A stretch of 64,000 nt of DNA, from the NCBI GenBank assembly GCA_021162685.1, contig JAGGYF010000026.1, positions 1 to 64,000 of the forward strand, given 5' to 3'. Of the stretch, positions 30,443 to 40,116 are shown piece after piece. The translations under genes and the position numbers were made by a program. Each line of letters opens with the position of its first letter. The stretch's first letter is position 1. This stretch comes from Candidatus Iainarchaeum sp. Its GTDB lineage: Archaea; B1Sed10-29; WALL01. The notes under the pieces are model-generated. The model saw nothing but the letters and a program-made list of their open reading frames with translations, did not search any database and was not told the origin of the DNA.

Positions 30443-31156
30443 TTACTTCATCTTTGTTGCCACTGCTCTTTCTATGGATACTTCGTGCCTCTTTGCTATC
30501 CTTGCAATTGAGTCCTTAAGTCCAAGTCCAAGTGCAATAGCTAGTCCTCCACCAAGTCCAAGTGCAAGCGCTAAGATGAAGTAGTTAAATATCTCTGTTA
30601 TCACGCTTACATCAATCCCGTACGCTGGATTGCTCAATGCAATAGTCACTGTGAAGTATACTACAATAACCCAAACTATTGCCGATATAACATTCGCTTG
30701 GAATTTCAATCCCTTCTTGATTTTTATCCTCAGGAAATCTGCCACGAGCAATCCTATCCCTAGGATCAATATACCCTGAAGAAGAACTGGAAGGAACGCT
30801 ATGAAACCAACAAGTATATTCGTAAGCACTGGTGTTGCTCCTGGCCTGAAGAACAGGAATGAGGATTCTATCACGCTAACTGCTGCAACAAAGAACCATA
30901 GGAATACTATCCACTTGATTATGCCAGTTACTAATCCTGTTAGTGTAAATCCGAGCAATGCATGCTCCAAGCCCATCTCTTTTATCTTCTTCTCTATCCT
31001 TGCCTTTTCAAAGCTCTTGACAAGCACTGTCTCCACTGCTATTGCTATAATATAACCCGCTACAAGCCAGACAAGTCCTAGCACAAGCCCAATTATGATA
31101 TTCACAATGCCAACCTGTAATGTTTCCATAGTAGGTATCATATCATCACCATTCAA
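30443..31156 (-). CDS. Membrane protein with MscS/CmpX-like conserved TM helices
   Basis: Repeated TM pairs, FLPVLLQGILIL and terminal ALGLGGGLAIALGLGLKD. Confidence 0.65.
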   Translation of the reverse strand: MNGDDMIPTMETLQVGIVNIIIGLVLGLVWLVAGYIIAIAVETVLVKSFEKARIEKKIKEMGLEHALLGFTLTGLVTGIIKWIVFLWFFVAAVSVIESSFLFFRPGATPVLTNILVGFIAFLPVLLQGILILGIGLLVADFLRIKIKKGLKFQANVISAIVWVIVVYFTVTIALSNPAYGIDVSVITEIFNYFILALALGLGGGLAIALGLGLKDSIARIAKRHEVSIERAVATKMK

Positions 31157-31169
31157 GAAAAAGAAGGTG

Positions 31170-31934
31170 TCATTTATAAATGTTTGGATTTCTCAACCTA
31201 TACTCTGTATTATTTATTATCCAATCCGGAGCATTGACAGAAGAATAATATGCATATATCTCTTCAAGATGTTTTTGTGGATTCCTAAATCTATCTCCCC
31301 AGTCCCATACAGCGCACTTCATTTTTGAATCAAATTCGCCGAGTTTTTGTTTTATTTTCTCCTTTGCTAGTGGATTATATCTTGCTCCTTCAAAAAGAAG
31401 GTCTGTTCCATTGTCAGCTAATGCATATGCTGCATTTGCATAGAAGATTGTTAAATCAACATCCAGGTCACTAAGCCTCTCTATACAATCCTTTGATCCA
31501 GCAATAGTAAAAACGTGGATTGGGCCTAATGATATGCCCTTCCCATCTGCATAGCGCATAACTGTTTCTATTACTGTCCTCAGGGATATGCCTGTCGCAA
31601 TTGTGTCTCCTATAAGGATTGTCTGGTTATCAGATATATTATTCAGAGCAAGATTAGATATTCTTGCACTCCAAACCCCAGAAAATGTCCTCTTTGAATC
31701 TATATGGGCATGCAATGGCCTATATCCATAGACGAATTCATAAGCATCTGCAATATGGTAATACTTCCCTCCTTCAAGAATAACAAGTTCAACTGGGTTT
31801 TTAAATGCTCCATACCTTCTAAAAAAAGTAACACTCGCCTCAAATGCCTTTTCCTCAAGTTCTTTTCCGACAAGATATGGGGAACATACTATATCAACTG
31901 CTGGCTCATTGAAAAATATCTCTGTAGTCAACAT
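31170..31934 (-). CDS. Divergent type I phosphoribosyltransferase (UPRT-like)
   Basis: PRPP-loop-like ILIGDTIATGIS, VILEGG and C-terminal WDWGDR. Confidence 0.6.
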   Translation of the reverse strand: MLTTEIFFNEPAVDIVCSPYLVGKELEEKAFEASVTFFRRYGAFKNPVELVILEGGKYYHIADAYEFVYGYRPLHAHIDSKRTFSGVWSARISNLALNNISDNQTILIGDTIATGISLRTVIETVMRYADGKGISLGPIHVFTIAGSKDCIERLSDLDVDLTIFYANAAYALADNGTDLLFEGARYNPLAKEKIKQKLGEFDSKMKCAVWDWGDRFRNPQKHLEEIYAYYSSVNAPDWIINNTEYRLRNPNIYK

Positions 31935-31961
31935 GTGTTATTAAACTGAATATAAAAATAT

Positions 31962-33266
31962 TTAAAGTTTACTAAGTGTCATCTGTCCTGGGTGCTTTAA
32001 CTTCTGTACAACTATCTTTGTTTTTAATTTCTCTGCCTCGCCAACTATCTTCTTTGCCTTATCTGGAGAACATCCCTTCAGATATTGAACTTCGTCTATG
32101 TCAAAGTCAAAAACAGCAGCATATTGTACTGCATATTTATCATCAGAGAACATCTGTTTCAGGAATGGGATGTAGATAGTTATTGTCTCACTTGTTGATG
32201 TGTGGCATTTCTCTCCAAACTTATTCGCAATAGAATCCCTTATCTTTCTCCTTGATTTGCTTGCTGACAATTTTTTTATGAATGACGGAAATTGATATGG
32301 AACAAAGGTCTTGTATGTCTCCTTTTTTGAGAGGGCAATACCTGCAGTAATTAGATCAAGCACGTATCTTAGGAGTGACCAGTTTTGTCTGCGTATAATC
32401 CTCGCTCTATATATGTCTGCCCTTGACATGATACTGAATGCTTTGTATAGATCATCTGGATGCGTGTATTCTCTGGGAATGTTTTCATCAATCCAATTGA
32501 GAAACAGCTCTGGGTCTTCCTCAACACTTGAATATACCTTCCTTGCTTCTGAGAACTGATTTGTCTTGAAAATCGTTTTCATCGCATTGATTATGTCTTG
32601 TTTTCTATCCCTACTACCCAAAACAGTTAAATCCTTTTTTGTAATCCTTTTCTTCCCTTCTGCAACTGCTTGTAGGTCATTTATAGCTGCTTTTATATCT
32701 CCATGTTGTTCTTTTGCTATTTCAACAACAACATCATTATCAAACTCTATCCCTTCTTTCTTCAATATTGAGGAGAGGATATGGGCGATTGTTTGGTAGT
32801 GGACCCTCTTAAATTTTATCGGAATGCATAATGCGCGTATGCTATATATTGGTCTGGCGTAGAGGTCATTTGCAGTCAGAACAATGGGGCAACTGGCCTC
32901 CTTTAGTATATGGGATATCGCAGTTATGCCTCCTCTATCCTGCGAGAACATCCCATCAACTTCATCAAATAGTATCATACGTGTTTTTCCAGAAAGCGTA
33001 GAGGAACTACTTGCAATACCTGCCCTTCTCTCAATTGCCTCTTTATTCCTTATATCACTCGCATTCATCTCAAGTATCTGCCAATCCATTGTTCTTGCTA
33101 ATGCAATTGCTGTTGCTGTCTTCCCAGTACCTGGTGGCCCATATAAAAGTAGTGGTTTCTGGCCTGGCTTCCATGTCTTTGCCCATCTCTCTATATCCTT
33201 AATTGCAGAGGGGTTTCCAGCTATATCGCTCAAGTGTTTTGGTGCATATTTCTCTGTCCATTGCAT
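31962..33266 (-). CDS. rfcL: Replication factor C large subunit
   Basis: [25 protein letters not shown] and WIDEN motifs. Confidence 0.93.
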   Translation of the reverse strand: MQWTEKYAPKHLSDIAGNPSAIKDIERWAKTWKPGQKPLLLYGPPGTGKTATAIALARTMDWQILEMNASDIRNKEAIERRAGIASSSSTLSGKTRMILFDEVDGMFSQDRGGITAISHILKEASCPIVLTANDLYARPIYSIRALCIPIKFKRVHYQTIAHILSSILKKEGIEFDNDVVVEIAKEQHGDIKAAINDLQAVAEGKKRITKKDLTVLGSRDRKQDIINAMKTIFKTNQFSEARKVYSSVEEDPELFLNWIDENIPREYTHPDDLYKAFSIMSRADIYRARIIRRQNWSLLRYVLDLITAGIALSKKETYKTFVPYQFPSFIKKLSASKSRRKIRDSIANKFGEKCHTSTSETITIYIPFLKQMFSDDKYAVQYAAVFDFDIDEVQYLKGCSPDKAKKIVGEAEKLKTKIVVQKLKHPGQMTLSKL

Positions 33267-33300
33267 AATAAAAATAAAGGAAGAAGTAGATTAAAAGGGT

Positions 33301-33549
33301 TTACATTTTAAAATACTTCCAAAACCATGGGCATGCTACTGTTCCTACAAGTCCTGTTACAAAGAGCACTAGTGCCCCAGTATATATGTCAATGTCTGGC
33401 ATCCTTATGTAGTACAATAGAGACCATAGGAACAGATACCAGAATATTGCGGCTATTATATATCCAGCGATTTCTTTTTGTTGCGTTTTCTTCAAGGGAA
33501 TCACCAAGGATAAAAACCAATATTCATTTATAAATCTTGCGGTTTCCAT
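33301..33549 (-). CDS. Small membrane protein
   Basis: Two TM segments, ending ACPW. Confidence 0.5.
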   Translation of the reverse strand: METARFINEYWFLSLVIPLKKTQQKEIAGYIIAAIFWYLFLWSLLYYIRMPDIDIYTGALVLFVTGLVGTVACPWFWKYFKM

Positions 33550-33583
33550 AGATTATTTTAACTATAATAATCAAAAAGAACTC

Positions 33584-34747
33584 ATGAAAATTGGTGTTGT
33601 TGGTAAACCATCATCAGGAAAATCAACATTTCTAAATGCTGCGTGCTTAACAGAGGCAGAAGTTGCAGCTTATCCCTTTACAACAATTAAACCCAATCTT
33701 GGAACTGCATATGTTAGAACAGAATGCCCCTGCAGTAAGTTCAATGTAAAATGCAACCCAAGAAATAGTAAATGTGTAAATGGCATAAGATTTGTGCCTG
33801 TTTCTATGATTGATGTTGCTGGACTAGTACCAGGAGCACATGAGGGCAGGGGGATGGGAAATCAATTTCTAAATGACCTCATAGATGCTGATGTACTTAT
33901 ACATGTTGTTGATGCATCAGGAAGAATTGATGCAGAAGGTAACCCAACAACGGATTATGACCCGACAAAAGATATTGAATTTTTGGAAAATGAAATAACG
34001 TGGTGGGTATATGGCATTATAAAAAAGAACTGGAAAACATTGCAAAGAAAAGTTGAGATGAAGGTTTTGAAGATGGGGGATGCTGTCTACAACCAACTAA
34101 GTGGGCTGAACATAAAGAGAGAGGATGTGTTGAAGATAGTGCATGAAATAGATTTTGATTACAAGGCAGGAGACGACAAAATAATGGAACTAGCGGAAAG
34201 TATTACTAAAATATGCAAACCAATAGTAATCGCTGCAAACAAGATGGATCTTCCAGAATCAGAACAAAATCTTGAAAGGATAAAACAGAAAAGTGAGCAT
34301 GTTATACCTTGTTGCGCAGAAGCAGAACTTGCTCTAAAGAGGGCATCAGAACATGGTCTTGTGGAGTACATTCCTGGGTCAAGCACATTTAGGATAATAA
34401 AGGAACTGGATGATAAACAGAAAAAAGCAATGGAATTCATAAAAAAATACCTGGAGAGATGGGGGAATACCGGCGTCCAACAGACAATAGAGAAGGCAGT
34501 ATTTGATGTTCTTGGTATGATCGTAGTGTATCCTGTTGAGGATGAAAACAAATTAACGGACAAACAGGGCAACGTACTCCCTGATGCATACCTTATGCCA
34601 AAAGGAAGCACTGCATTAGACCTGGCATACAAGATACATACAGACATAGGAGAAAAATTCATTGGTGCAATTGATTGCAAAACCCACAAACGCGTTGGTA
34701 AGGATTACGAATTAAAAGATGGAGATATAATAAAGATATTGGTGTGA
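33584..34747 (+). CDS. ychF: Obg-family YchF-like NTPase with TGS domain
   Basis: GKPSSGKST, YPFTTI, DVAGLV, NKMD and C-terminal TGS domain. Confidence 0.92.
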   Translation: MKIGVVGKPSSGKSTFLNAACLTEAEVAAYPFTTIKPNLGTAYVRTECPCSKFNVKCNPRNSKCVNGIRFVPVSMIDVAGLVPGAHEGRGMGNQFLNDLIDADVLIHVVDASGRIDAEGNPTTDYDPTKDIEFLENEITWWVYGIIKKNWKTLQRKVEMKVLKMGDAVYNQLSGLNIKREDVLKIVHEIDFDYKAGDDKIMELAESITKICKPIVIAANKMDLPESEQNLERIKQKSEHVIPCCAEAELALKRASEHGLVEYIPGSSTFRIIKELDDKQKKAMEFIKKYLERWGNTGVQQTIEKAVFDVLGMIVVYPVEDENKLTDKQGNVLPDAYLMPKGSTALDLAYKIHTDIGEKFIGAIDCKTHKRVGKDYELKDGDIIKILV

Positions 34748-34971
34748 GTATGAATTGGGTTGCAATAGGTATGCTGCTTGTATTTTTGGGCATGATGATT
34801 ATGATATTCGGCTCAATGTTTGAAGTAACAAAAGAGGAAACAAAGGTTGAAAGAGCAGGGATAATCATGCTTGGACCAATACCCCTTGTATGGGGGACAG
34901 ACAAAAGGCTTATTTTACCCCTAATACTTTTTGTAATTATACTTATGGTTTTCTGGTTTATGATGCGCTAA
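34744..34971 (+). CDS. DUF131 (TIGR00304-like) small membrane protein
   Basis: GIIMLGPIPLVWGTD motif. Confidence 0.8.
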   Translation: MSMNWVAIGMLLVFLGMMIMIFGSMFEVTKEETKVERAGIIMLGPIPLVWGTDKRLILPLILFVIILMVFWFMMR

Positions 34972-35253
34972 TCAATCAAACTCAAACTCCTCTAATGGCT
35001 TATCCTCTTCCTTCTCCTCTGTTTTTTCTGGCTTCTCCTCCTTTACTTCCTCTCCAGCAATCTCCTCGCTTGATTCCTTCTCAACTACTTTCTCCAATGC
35101 TTCAAGCTCCTTTTTCTTCCTCTGTATCCTCAAAAGTGCATAGAAATAAGCATTCATAATAGTATCAAGGCCCATCTGCCTTTTTTCATGGCTTTTTGAG
35201 ACCTCTCGCAAATATAATTCAACAAGTTTATAAGCAATCTCGTCTGGGTCCAT
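34972..35253 (-). CDS. Hypothetical protein with acidic tail
   Basis: Helical N-terminus (IMNAYFYAL) and E/K-rich C-terminus. Confidence 0.65.
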   Translation of the reverse strand: MDPDEIAYKLVELYLREVSKSHEKRQMGLDTIMNAYFYALLRIQRKKKELEALEKVVEKESSEEIAGEEVKEEKPEKTEEKEEDKPLEEFEFD

Positions 35254-35296
35254 CTCCTCACCTATCCATATGACACATCAATAACTTATAAACCTT

Positions 35297-36010
35297 ATGC
35301 ATATAACATATATGATGATTGGTATTGCAACAAAAACCCCGGAAAGAGGCTACGAGCTTCTTGAGCTGCAATTTGAAAAGAGTGTAGATATGAATAGTGT
35401 GGAGGCTGAAAAGATAAGGGATACATTTGAGTGTAAGATAAATGTGCATGCTCCATATTATGGAACACTTGCAACAGAAAAGGAGCAAAAGGTGAGGGAT
35501 GCAATATACAGGATAAAGGAGGCAATACAAATTGCAAGGATTCTTCGTTCTGACATTGTTGTTGTGCATGCAGGATTCTACGCAAAAAAAAATCCGGATG
35601 AAGTATTTAGTATAGTTGAGAGGAATTGTAAGGAGATAACGCGCAACATTGGGAGGATTAAGATAGGGATTGAGACAATGCCAAGACAATCGCAATTTGG
35701 AACAATTGATGAGATCATGAAACTATCAAAAAGGGTGAAACATATCATTCCTGTAATAAACATAGGCCATTCCTATATAAGGGATGGTCCAGAAAAAACG
35801 ATTGCTGCACTCACGAAAATTGACCGCCCATACTGCCATATATCTGGTATAACTGCTGAGAGAGGGGTTATAAGATACACATCATTAGATAGAGGGATGT
35901 TTGATTACAAGGACTTATTTGAGCGCGTGGATATGAACAAAACAACGATTGTGTGTGATGGCCCAGAAGCAAAAAGGGACTACAAGATGATTAAAAGGTT
36001 GGTAGCATGA
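35297..36010 (+). CDS. Endonuclease IV-like TIM-barrel protein (degenerate)
   Basis: HAPYY, VVHAGFY, IETM..QFG and HISGI motifs. Confidence 0.75.
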   Translation: MHITYMMIGIATKTPERGYELLELQFEKSVDMNSVEAEKIRDTFECKINVHAPYYGTLATEKEQKVRDAIYRIKEAIQIARILRSDIVVVHAGFYAKKNPDEVFSIVERNCKEITRNIGRIKIGIETMPRQSQFGTIDEIMKLSKRVKHIIPVINIGHSYIRDGPEKTIAALTKIDRPYCHISGITAERGVIRYTSLDRGMFDYKDLFERVDMNKTTIVCDGPEAKRDYKMIKRLVA

Positions 36011-36861
36011 GAATTGGACTAGATATTGGTGCGACTAACATAAAGGGAGTCTTAGTAAAAAACAGAAAGATTATAAAAAAGATAATATTGCAAACAAAAA
36101 CTGAGCAAGGGAAGAATATAATTATCAAGCAGATATTAGATGCTCTGCATTTGCTCTACAACAGAAACGTTGACTTTATTGGTATAGGTGCAGCTGGTGT
36201 GGTAAAAAACGGGACAATTGTTTATTCAGCAAACATGAGCAGGTATGGGTGGAAAAACATAAACCTAGAGAGTATTGTGAAAAACGAATTCAGAACAAAA
36301 ACCACTGTAATAAATGACGGCCAATCTGCTGCATGGGGTGAGTTTGTCATAAGAGAGAAAAGAGAGGGAACGTTGGTCTGTTTAACAATCGGAACAGGGA
36401 TTGGAGGAGGCATTGTAATAAATGGAAAACTTATAAACGGAACAGCAGGTGAATTTGGCCATATGACTATTGATGTAAATGGAAGGAAATGTACATGTGG
36501 AAACAAAGGTTGTCTTGAAGAATATGTATCAGACAGAGCCATAAGAAGGATTGCAAGGAGTTATGGGCTGGAAGCAACAACAAAAGAAATAATAAACGCT
36601 GCGAAAAAAGGAAATCAAAAAGCGATAAGGACTTTTGAGGTTGCTGGAAAATATTTGGGTATCGGTCTATCTAATATTGTAAACATACTTGACCCCGATA
36701 TAATAGTCATTGGGGGAGGAATAAGCAAGGCTGGAAGATTCCTACTTGCGCCAGCAAAAAGAGAGATGAAAAAGAGAGTGATGCCAATGAATAGGTCCGT
36801 GAAAATTGAAAAAACTAGACTTGGGGTTTTCTCATCTGCCTATGGAGCAGCAATGCTCTAA
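36007..36861 (+). CDS. ROK-family sugar kinase (glucokinase-like)
   Basis: GLDIGAT, ND, TIGTGIGGG and AGEFGH..CTCGNKGCLE motifs. Confidence 0.9.
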   Translation: MRIGLDIGATNIKGVLVKNRKIIKKIILQTKTEQGKNIIIKQILDALHLLYNRNVDFIGIGAAGVVKNGTIVYSANMSRYGWKNINLESIVKNEFRTKTTVINDGQSAAWGEFVIREKREGTLVCLTIGTGIGGGIVINGKLINGTAGEFGHMTIDVNGRKCTCGNKGCLEEYVSDRAIRRIARSYGLEATTKEIINAAKKGNQKAIRTFEVAGKYLGIGLSNIVNILDPDIIVIGGGISKAGRFLLAPAKREMKKRVMPMNRSVKIEKTRLGVFSSAYGAAML

Positions 36862-37079
36862 ACTGTCTCCATTTTAAAGAGTACTTTGTCTCCTTTTAAT
36901 GTCTTTTGGATGAGGTTTCCCAGAGCAAGGATATCATCCACTGTTGGGTTTTTGTCCCAGATATATTCAAGATCATGGCTACCTGTCATAGATACAAATC
37001 CTATTTCTCTAAGTTTCTTCTCCACCTCAATAGGGCTTGTGCCATCACTACTAAACCATAGGGTTAGATATGTTCTCAT
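36858..37079 (-). CDS. Small conserved archaeal hypothetical protein
   Basis: MRTYLTLWFSSDG..P..V pattern; overlaps the stop of the coiled-coil gene. Confidence 0.65.
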   Translation of the reverse strand: MRTYLTLWFSSDGTSPIEVEKKLREIGFVSMTGSHDLEYIWDKNPTVDDILALGNLIQKTLKGDKVLFKMETV

Positions 37080-37930
37080 TCCTCACCACCATATGTCTGT
37101 ATAATCATGAGTTCCTCTGTTGTTAGTTTCTTGCCTTTTTTGAATTCTTCCATAAGTTTCTTGGCCTTTTCCTTCATGCTTTCTTCTATTTTCTTCATCT
37201 TCTTTCTTTCCTCTGCTTTCCTCTCAATAGCTTTCGCTTCTTCTGCACCTTTTATTTTTACTAATTCCTCAACATAAAGTTTATGAGCCTTTTCTGCCTC
37301 TTCTTTTGCTTTCTTTATCTTTTCACTTATCTCTTTAAACCTTGGCTCAAGATTTTTTATTTTCTTGTATAATTCAGATATCTTCTGGTGATGCTCTTCG
37401 CTTTTCTTCGCATGTTGTAACATAACCTCATGGAATGCTCTTGCCTCATTCCTCATCTCGTCAAGTTTTCCAAGTAATTTCCTCTTCTGTTTTTGCTTCT
37501 CTATCAATTGTTCTGACATCTTTATCTGTTCTTCAAGTCTTGCTATTTCCTTTGCAATTCTCTCCTCTGTCTTTACATCTAACACTTCTGTCTGAACCTT
37601 CCACTCAAGTCGCTCCAACTCTTTTTTTGTTTTGGCGATTGGTTTGTCAAGTTTTGACTTAAGCTCTTCAATCTGTGCATCAAGTGCTCTTAACTTCTCA
37701 ACCTCTTCCTTTATCCTCTTGTTCACCTCATCCCTTTTTGCCTTAAATTCCTTGACAAGCTCATTTTCCTTGTCTCTAAGCTTCTTCTCCTCTTTCATCT
37801 GCTGCCTGAGCTTCTTAATCCGCCTTGTCTCCTCTCTGCTCTCCGCTATCAATTTCTTTGTTTCAAGATTGAGTTTGTTTCTTTCCTCTCTTAGTTTTTC
37901 TAATGCCATGGTCTCATCCAAAAGGAGCAT
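37076..37930 (-). CDS. Archaeal coiled-coil protein (COG1340-like)
   Basis: Continuous heptads, LEWKVQT and terminal FKKGKKLTTEEL. Confidence 0.8.
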   Translation of the reverse strand: MLLLDETMALEKLREERNKLNLETKKLIAESREETRRIKKLRQQMKEEKKLRDKENELVKEFKAKRDEVNKRIKEEVEKLRALDAQIEELKSKLDKPIAKTKKELERLEWKVQTEVLDVKTEERIAKEIARLEEQIKMSEQLIEKQKQKRKLLGKLDEMRNEARAFHEVMLQHAKKSEEHHQKISELYKKIKNLEPRFKEISEKIKKAKEEAEKAHKLYVEELVKIKGAEEAKAIERKAEERKKMKKIEESMKEKAKKLMEEFKKGKKLTTEELMIIQTYGGEE

Positions 37931-38031
37931 GTGCTCATTTCATTGCTGCCTTTATTATATGTCTTCCATTTAAAAAGGGTTGCTGTAATGATTTAAATAT
38001 AAGGAGTGCACATAACCTATTGGGGAGAGGA

Positions 38032-38562
38032 ATGAAAAAGGGATTTGTAACATTTCTGCTTGTTCTGGCATTTTTGCCAACTGCTATTGAGATCCTTACA
38101 ATCCAGAGCAGGGTAGCATCTTATATCAGCGACATCAATGAGCTTGCTATTGAACAGCAATCTGTCACAAATCTTGAATATGATTTCTATGACTCGTTCT
38201 GGATGACCGCACGATATTCGTCCAAAAAGACAATAGATAGTGGACCAATAGAGAGGAAGATTGTTTTGGTTAAAGACCTTAAACTATGGAAGAAAAATCT
38301 AGAAGAGATGCATAGCACGAGAGGAGCATCAACACACGTATGGATAGATGAGATATCACTCAACATAAAGGATGAGATTAACAAGACACATGACTCCTTT
38401 TCAAAAAGGATATATGATTACATTCACTTCCCATCAAAGAGATATGTTTCTGTCCATGAATCGGATACAGGGAATAGACATGCTGTTATTGGTGCAACAA
38501 TAAAGAAAGGTAAAACAACTTCTGTGTATATCATACCAGGAGGTGACTACATTGAAATATAA
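38032..38562 (+). CDS. Class III signal-peptide (pilin-like) protein
   Basis: MKKG/FVTFLLVLAF N-terminus; purine-rich SD upstream. Confidence 0.6.
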   Translation: MKKGFVTFLLVLAFLPTAIEILTIQSRVASYISDINELAIEQQSVTNLEYDFYDSFWMTARYSSKKTIDSGPIERKIVLVKDLKLWKKNLEEMHSTRGASTHVWIDEISLNIKDEINKTHDSFSKRIYDYIHFPSKRYVSVHESDTGNRHAVIGATIKKGKTTSVYIIPGGDYIEI

Positions 38563-38797
38563 AGGCCAGATAACAATGGAAGCAATTATCGCAATTGCTG
38601 TTGTGGTTGCTTTGGTATATGTGTTACTTTTTGCTCAAACAAACATGTTTAGCACAATAAAGGAGAAAAACCTCAATGAGAAATTTTCCAGGATTGAAAT
38701 GAATAGCGCAGACATCGTTATTGAGACATATGGAGAGAACAGACATATTGATGTGAAGTGCAAATCTTGTGTTTCGTATAGGAGATGGTTCATATGA
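38552..38797 (+). CDS. Class III signal-peptide (pilin-like) protein
   Basis: KYKG/QITME followed by a hydrophobic helix; GGAGGTGA SD before TTG at 38552. Confidence 0.7.
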   Translation: MKYKGQITMEAIIAIAVVVALVYVLLFAQTNMFSTIKEKNLNEKFSRIEMNSADIVIETYGENRHIDVKCKSCVSYRRWFI

Positions 38798-39192
38798 AGG
38801 GCCAGATAAACATGATGGATGCCTCTTTATCATTCATCATAATGGTAATAATCATAATCTCCTCTCTCATATACATGTCCACAACGCTATCCTCCATCAA
38901 CCAACATTTGGCTTCTGTTGAGAAGCAGAGGTACCTGATATTTCAAAGTGATAGGTTGATTAATGACCCAAACATGCTTGCAATGTATGAAGGAAATGGT
39001 ATGAAACCGCACACAATTGACATTGATAAGGTCAAAAACCTGCCAGAACAGATATGCGTGAGCATCACAACACTCAGAGGAAGAACATTGATTGAAAAGA
39101 CATGTGATGACAAAGACATATACATAAAGCGCCTTGTATTCGTACATAATAAGGGGAAGATAGAGGAGGGAATACTATATGTATGGACATAG
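38794..39192 (+). CDS. Class III signal-peptide (pilin-like) protein
   Basis: MKG/QINMMDASLSFII N-terminus; ATGA coupling. Confidence 0.7.
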   Translation: MKGQINMMDASLSFIIMVIIIISSLIYMSTTLSSINQHLASVEKQRYLIFQSDRLINDPNMLAMYEGNGMKPHTIDIDKVKNLPEQICVSITTLRGRTLIEKTCDDKDIYIKRLVFVHNKGKIEEGILYVWT

Positions 39193-39544
39193 AGCGATTG
39201 TTTTCACAATGGAGGCTGCCATCTCCTTGCTGTTGTTTGTACTCATCATCCTTGCATTAGGCACCCCATCATTTGAAGACCTCTCAAAAGCAGTTTTATA
39301 CAAACAGGCAAGTGATGTATTAGAAATCGCACTGAAGAAAGGAGTAATAAGAGATGGGCAGAATATTGACATAGAGCGCATGAGAGAGCTAATGGAAGCA
39401 ATGGAGCTAAAAGGAGAAGTCATAATAGATGGCCATGTTACTACAATCAATAACGGGAAAAATAACATGGATGTGTATATAGAGAGAACACTTGTAACGC
39501 CAGAACTTGAATATAAAAGAGTAGTATTACACGCGTGGAGATAG
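39179..39544 (+). CDS. Class III signal-peptide (pilin-like) protein
   Basis: HRA/IVFTMEAAISLLL N-terminus; ends VVLHAWR. Confidence 0.65.
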   Translation: MYGHRAIVFTMEAAISLLLFVLIILALGTPSFEDLSKAVLYKQASDVLEIALKKGVIRDGQNIDIERMRELMEAMELKGEVIIDGHVTTINNGKNNMDVYIERTLVTPELEYKRVVLHAWR

Positions 39545-39916
39545 GATTACTCTACCCTCCTTGTTTTCAACTAAGATATTTACGTTCCCTGATAATCTTA
39601 TCGTGCCTTCTTCTGCATTATAAACCTCTCGTTGATATGTCCTGTTTCCCATAGAGACCAAAAGAAGATTGGGTTTTGTAGTTATTGTTATGTTTTCTGT
39701 TGTATAGAATGAAACAACTTCGGCGTTATTCTTTCCCATCATATACACCCTTCTCATGGTGGATGCCAATCTATCTGCTATTGTCCTTGTGTTTAAGATA
39801 GTAATACCATACGTTGCTTTCCTTTGGGTCTCTGAAATAGTACTCAACCAAAAAGAAAAGAAGGAGAAGAATATGAGCAACACTACCAAGAACTCAAAGC
39901 TCGCTTGTCCTCTCAT
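39527..39916 (-). CDS. Class III signal-peptide (pilin-like) protein
   Basis: MRG/QASFEFLVVLL N-terminus. Confidence 0.75.
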   Translation of the reverse strand: MRGQASFEFLVVLLIFFSFFSFWLSTISETQRKATYGITILNTRTIADRLASTMRRVYMMGKNNAEVVSFYTTENITITTKPNLLLVSMGNRTYQREVYNAEEGTIRLSGNVNILVENKEGRVILSPRV

Positions 39917-39920
39917 GCCA

Positions 39921-40103
39921 CTACATCCCCATCTCTTCTATCTTATCCATAATGCTCTCTGTCTTCTTGTTTATTGTTTCGTTTCCTTTCTCTGCTGTTG
40001 TTTTTAGGTTATTGACCAAAATCAGTGCAACCGCTAAGACCGCTGCAATCACTACGAGTAGCTCTGCCGATACTTGTGCCTTTTCTTCGTCAAACAATTC
40101 CAT
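39921..40103 (-). CDS. Very short class III signal-peptide pilin (DUF361-like)
   Basis: EKA/QVSAELLVVIAAVLAVAL; strong GGAGGA SD. Confidence 0.8.
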   Translation of the reverse strand: MELFDEEKAQVSAELLVVIAAVLAVALILVNNLKTTAEKGNETINKKTESIMDKIEEMGM

Positions 40104-40116
40104 ATCCTCCTCCCCC

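Noticed and set aside
37076-37930. Low-complexity purine/pyrimidine-skewed tract suggesting a repeat
   Set aside because: Reflects Lys/Glu codons of the coiled-coil protein.
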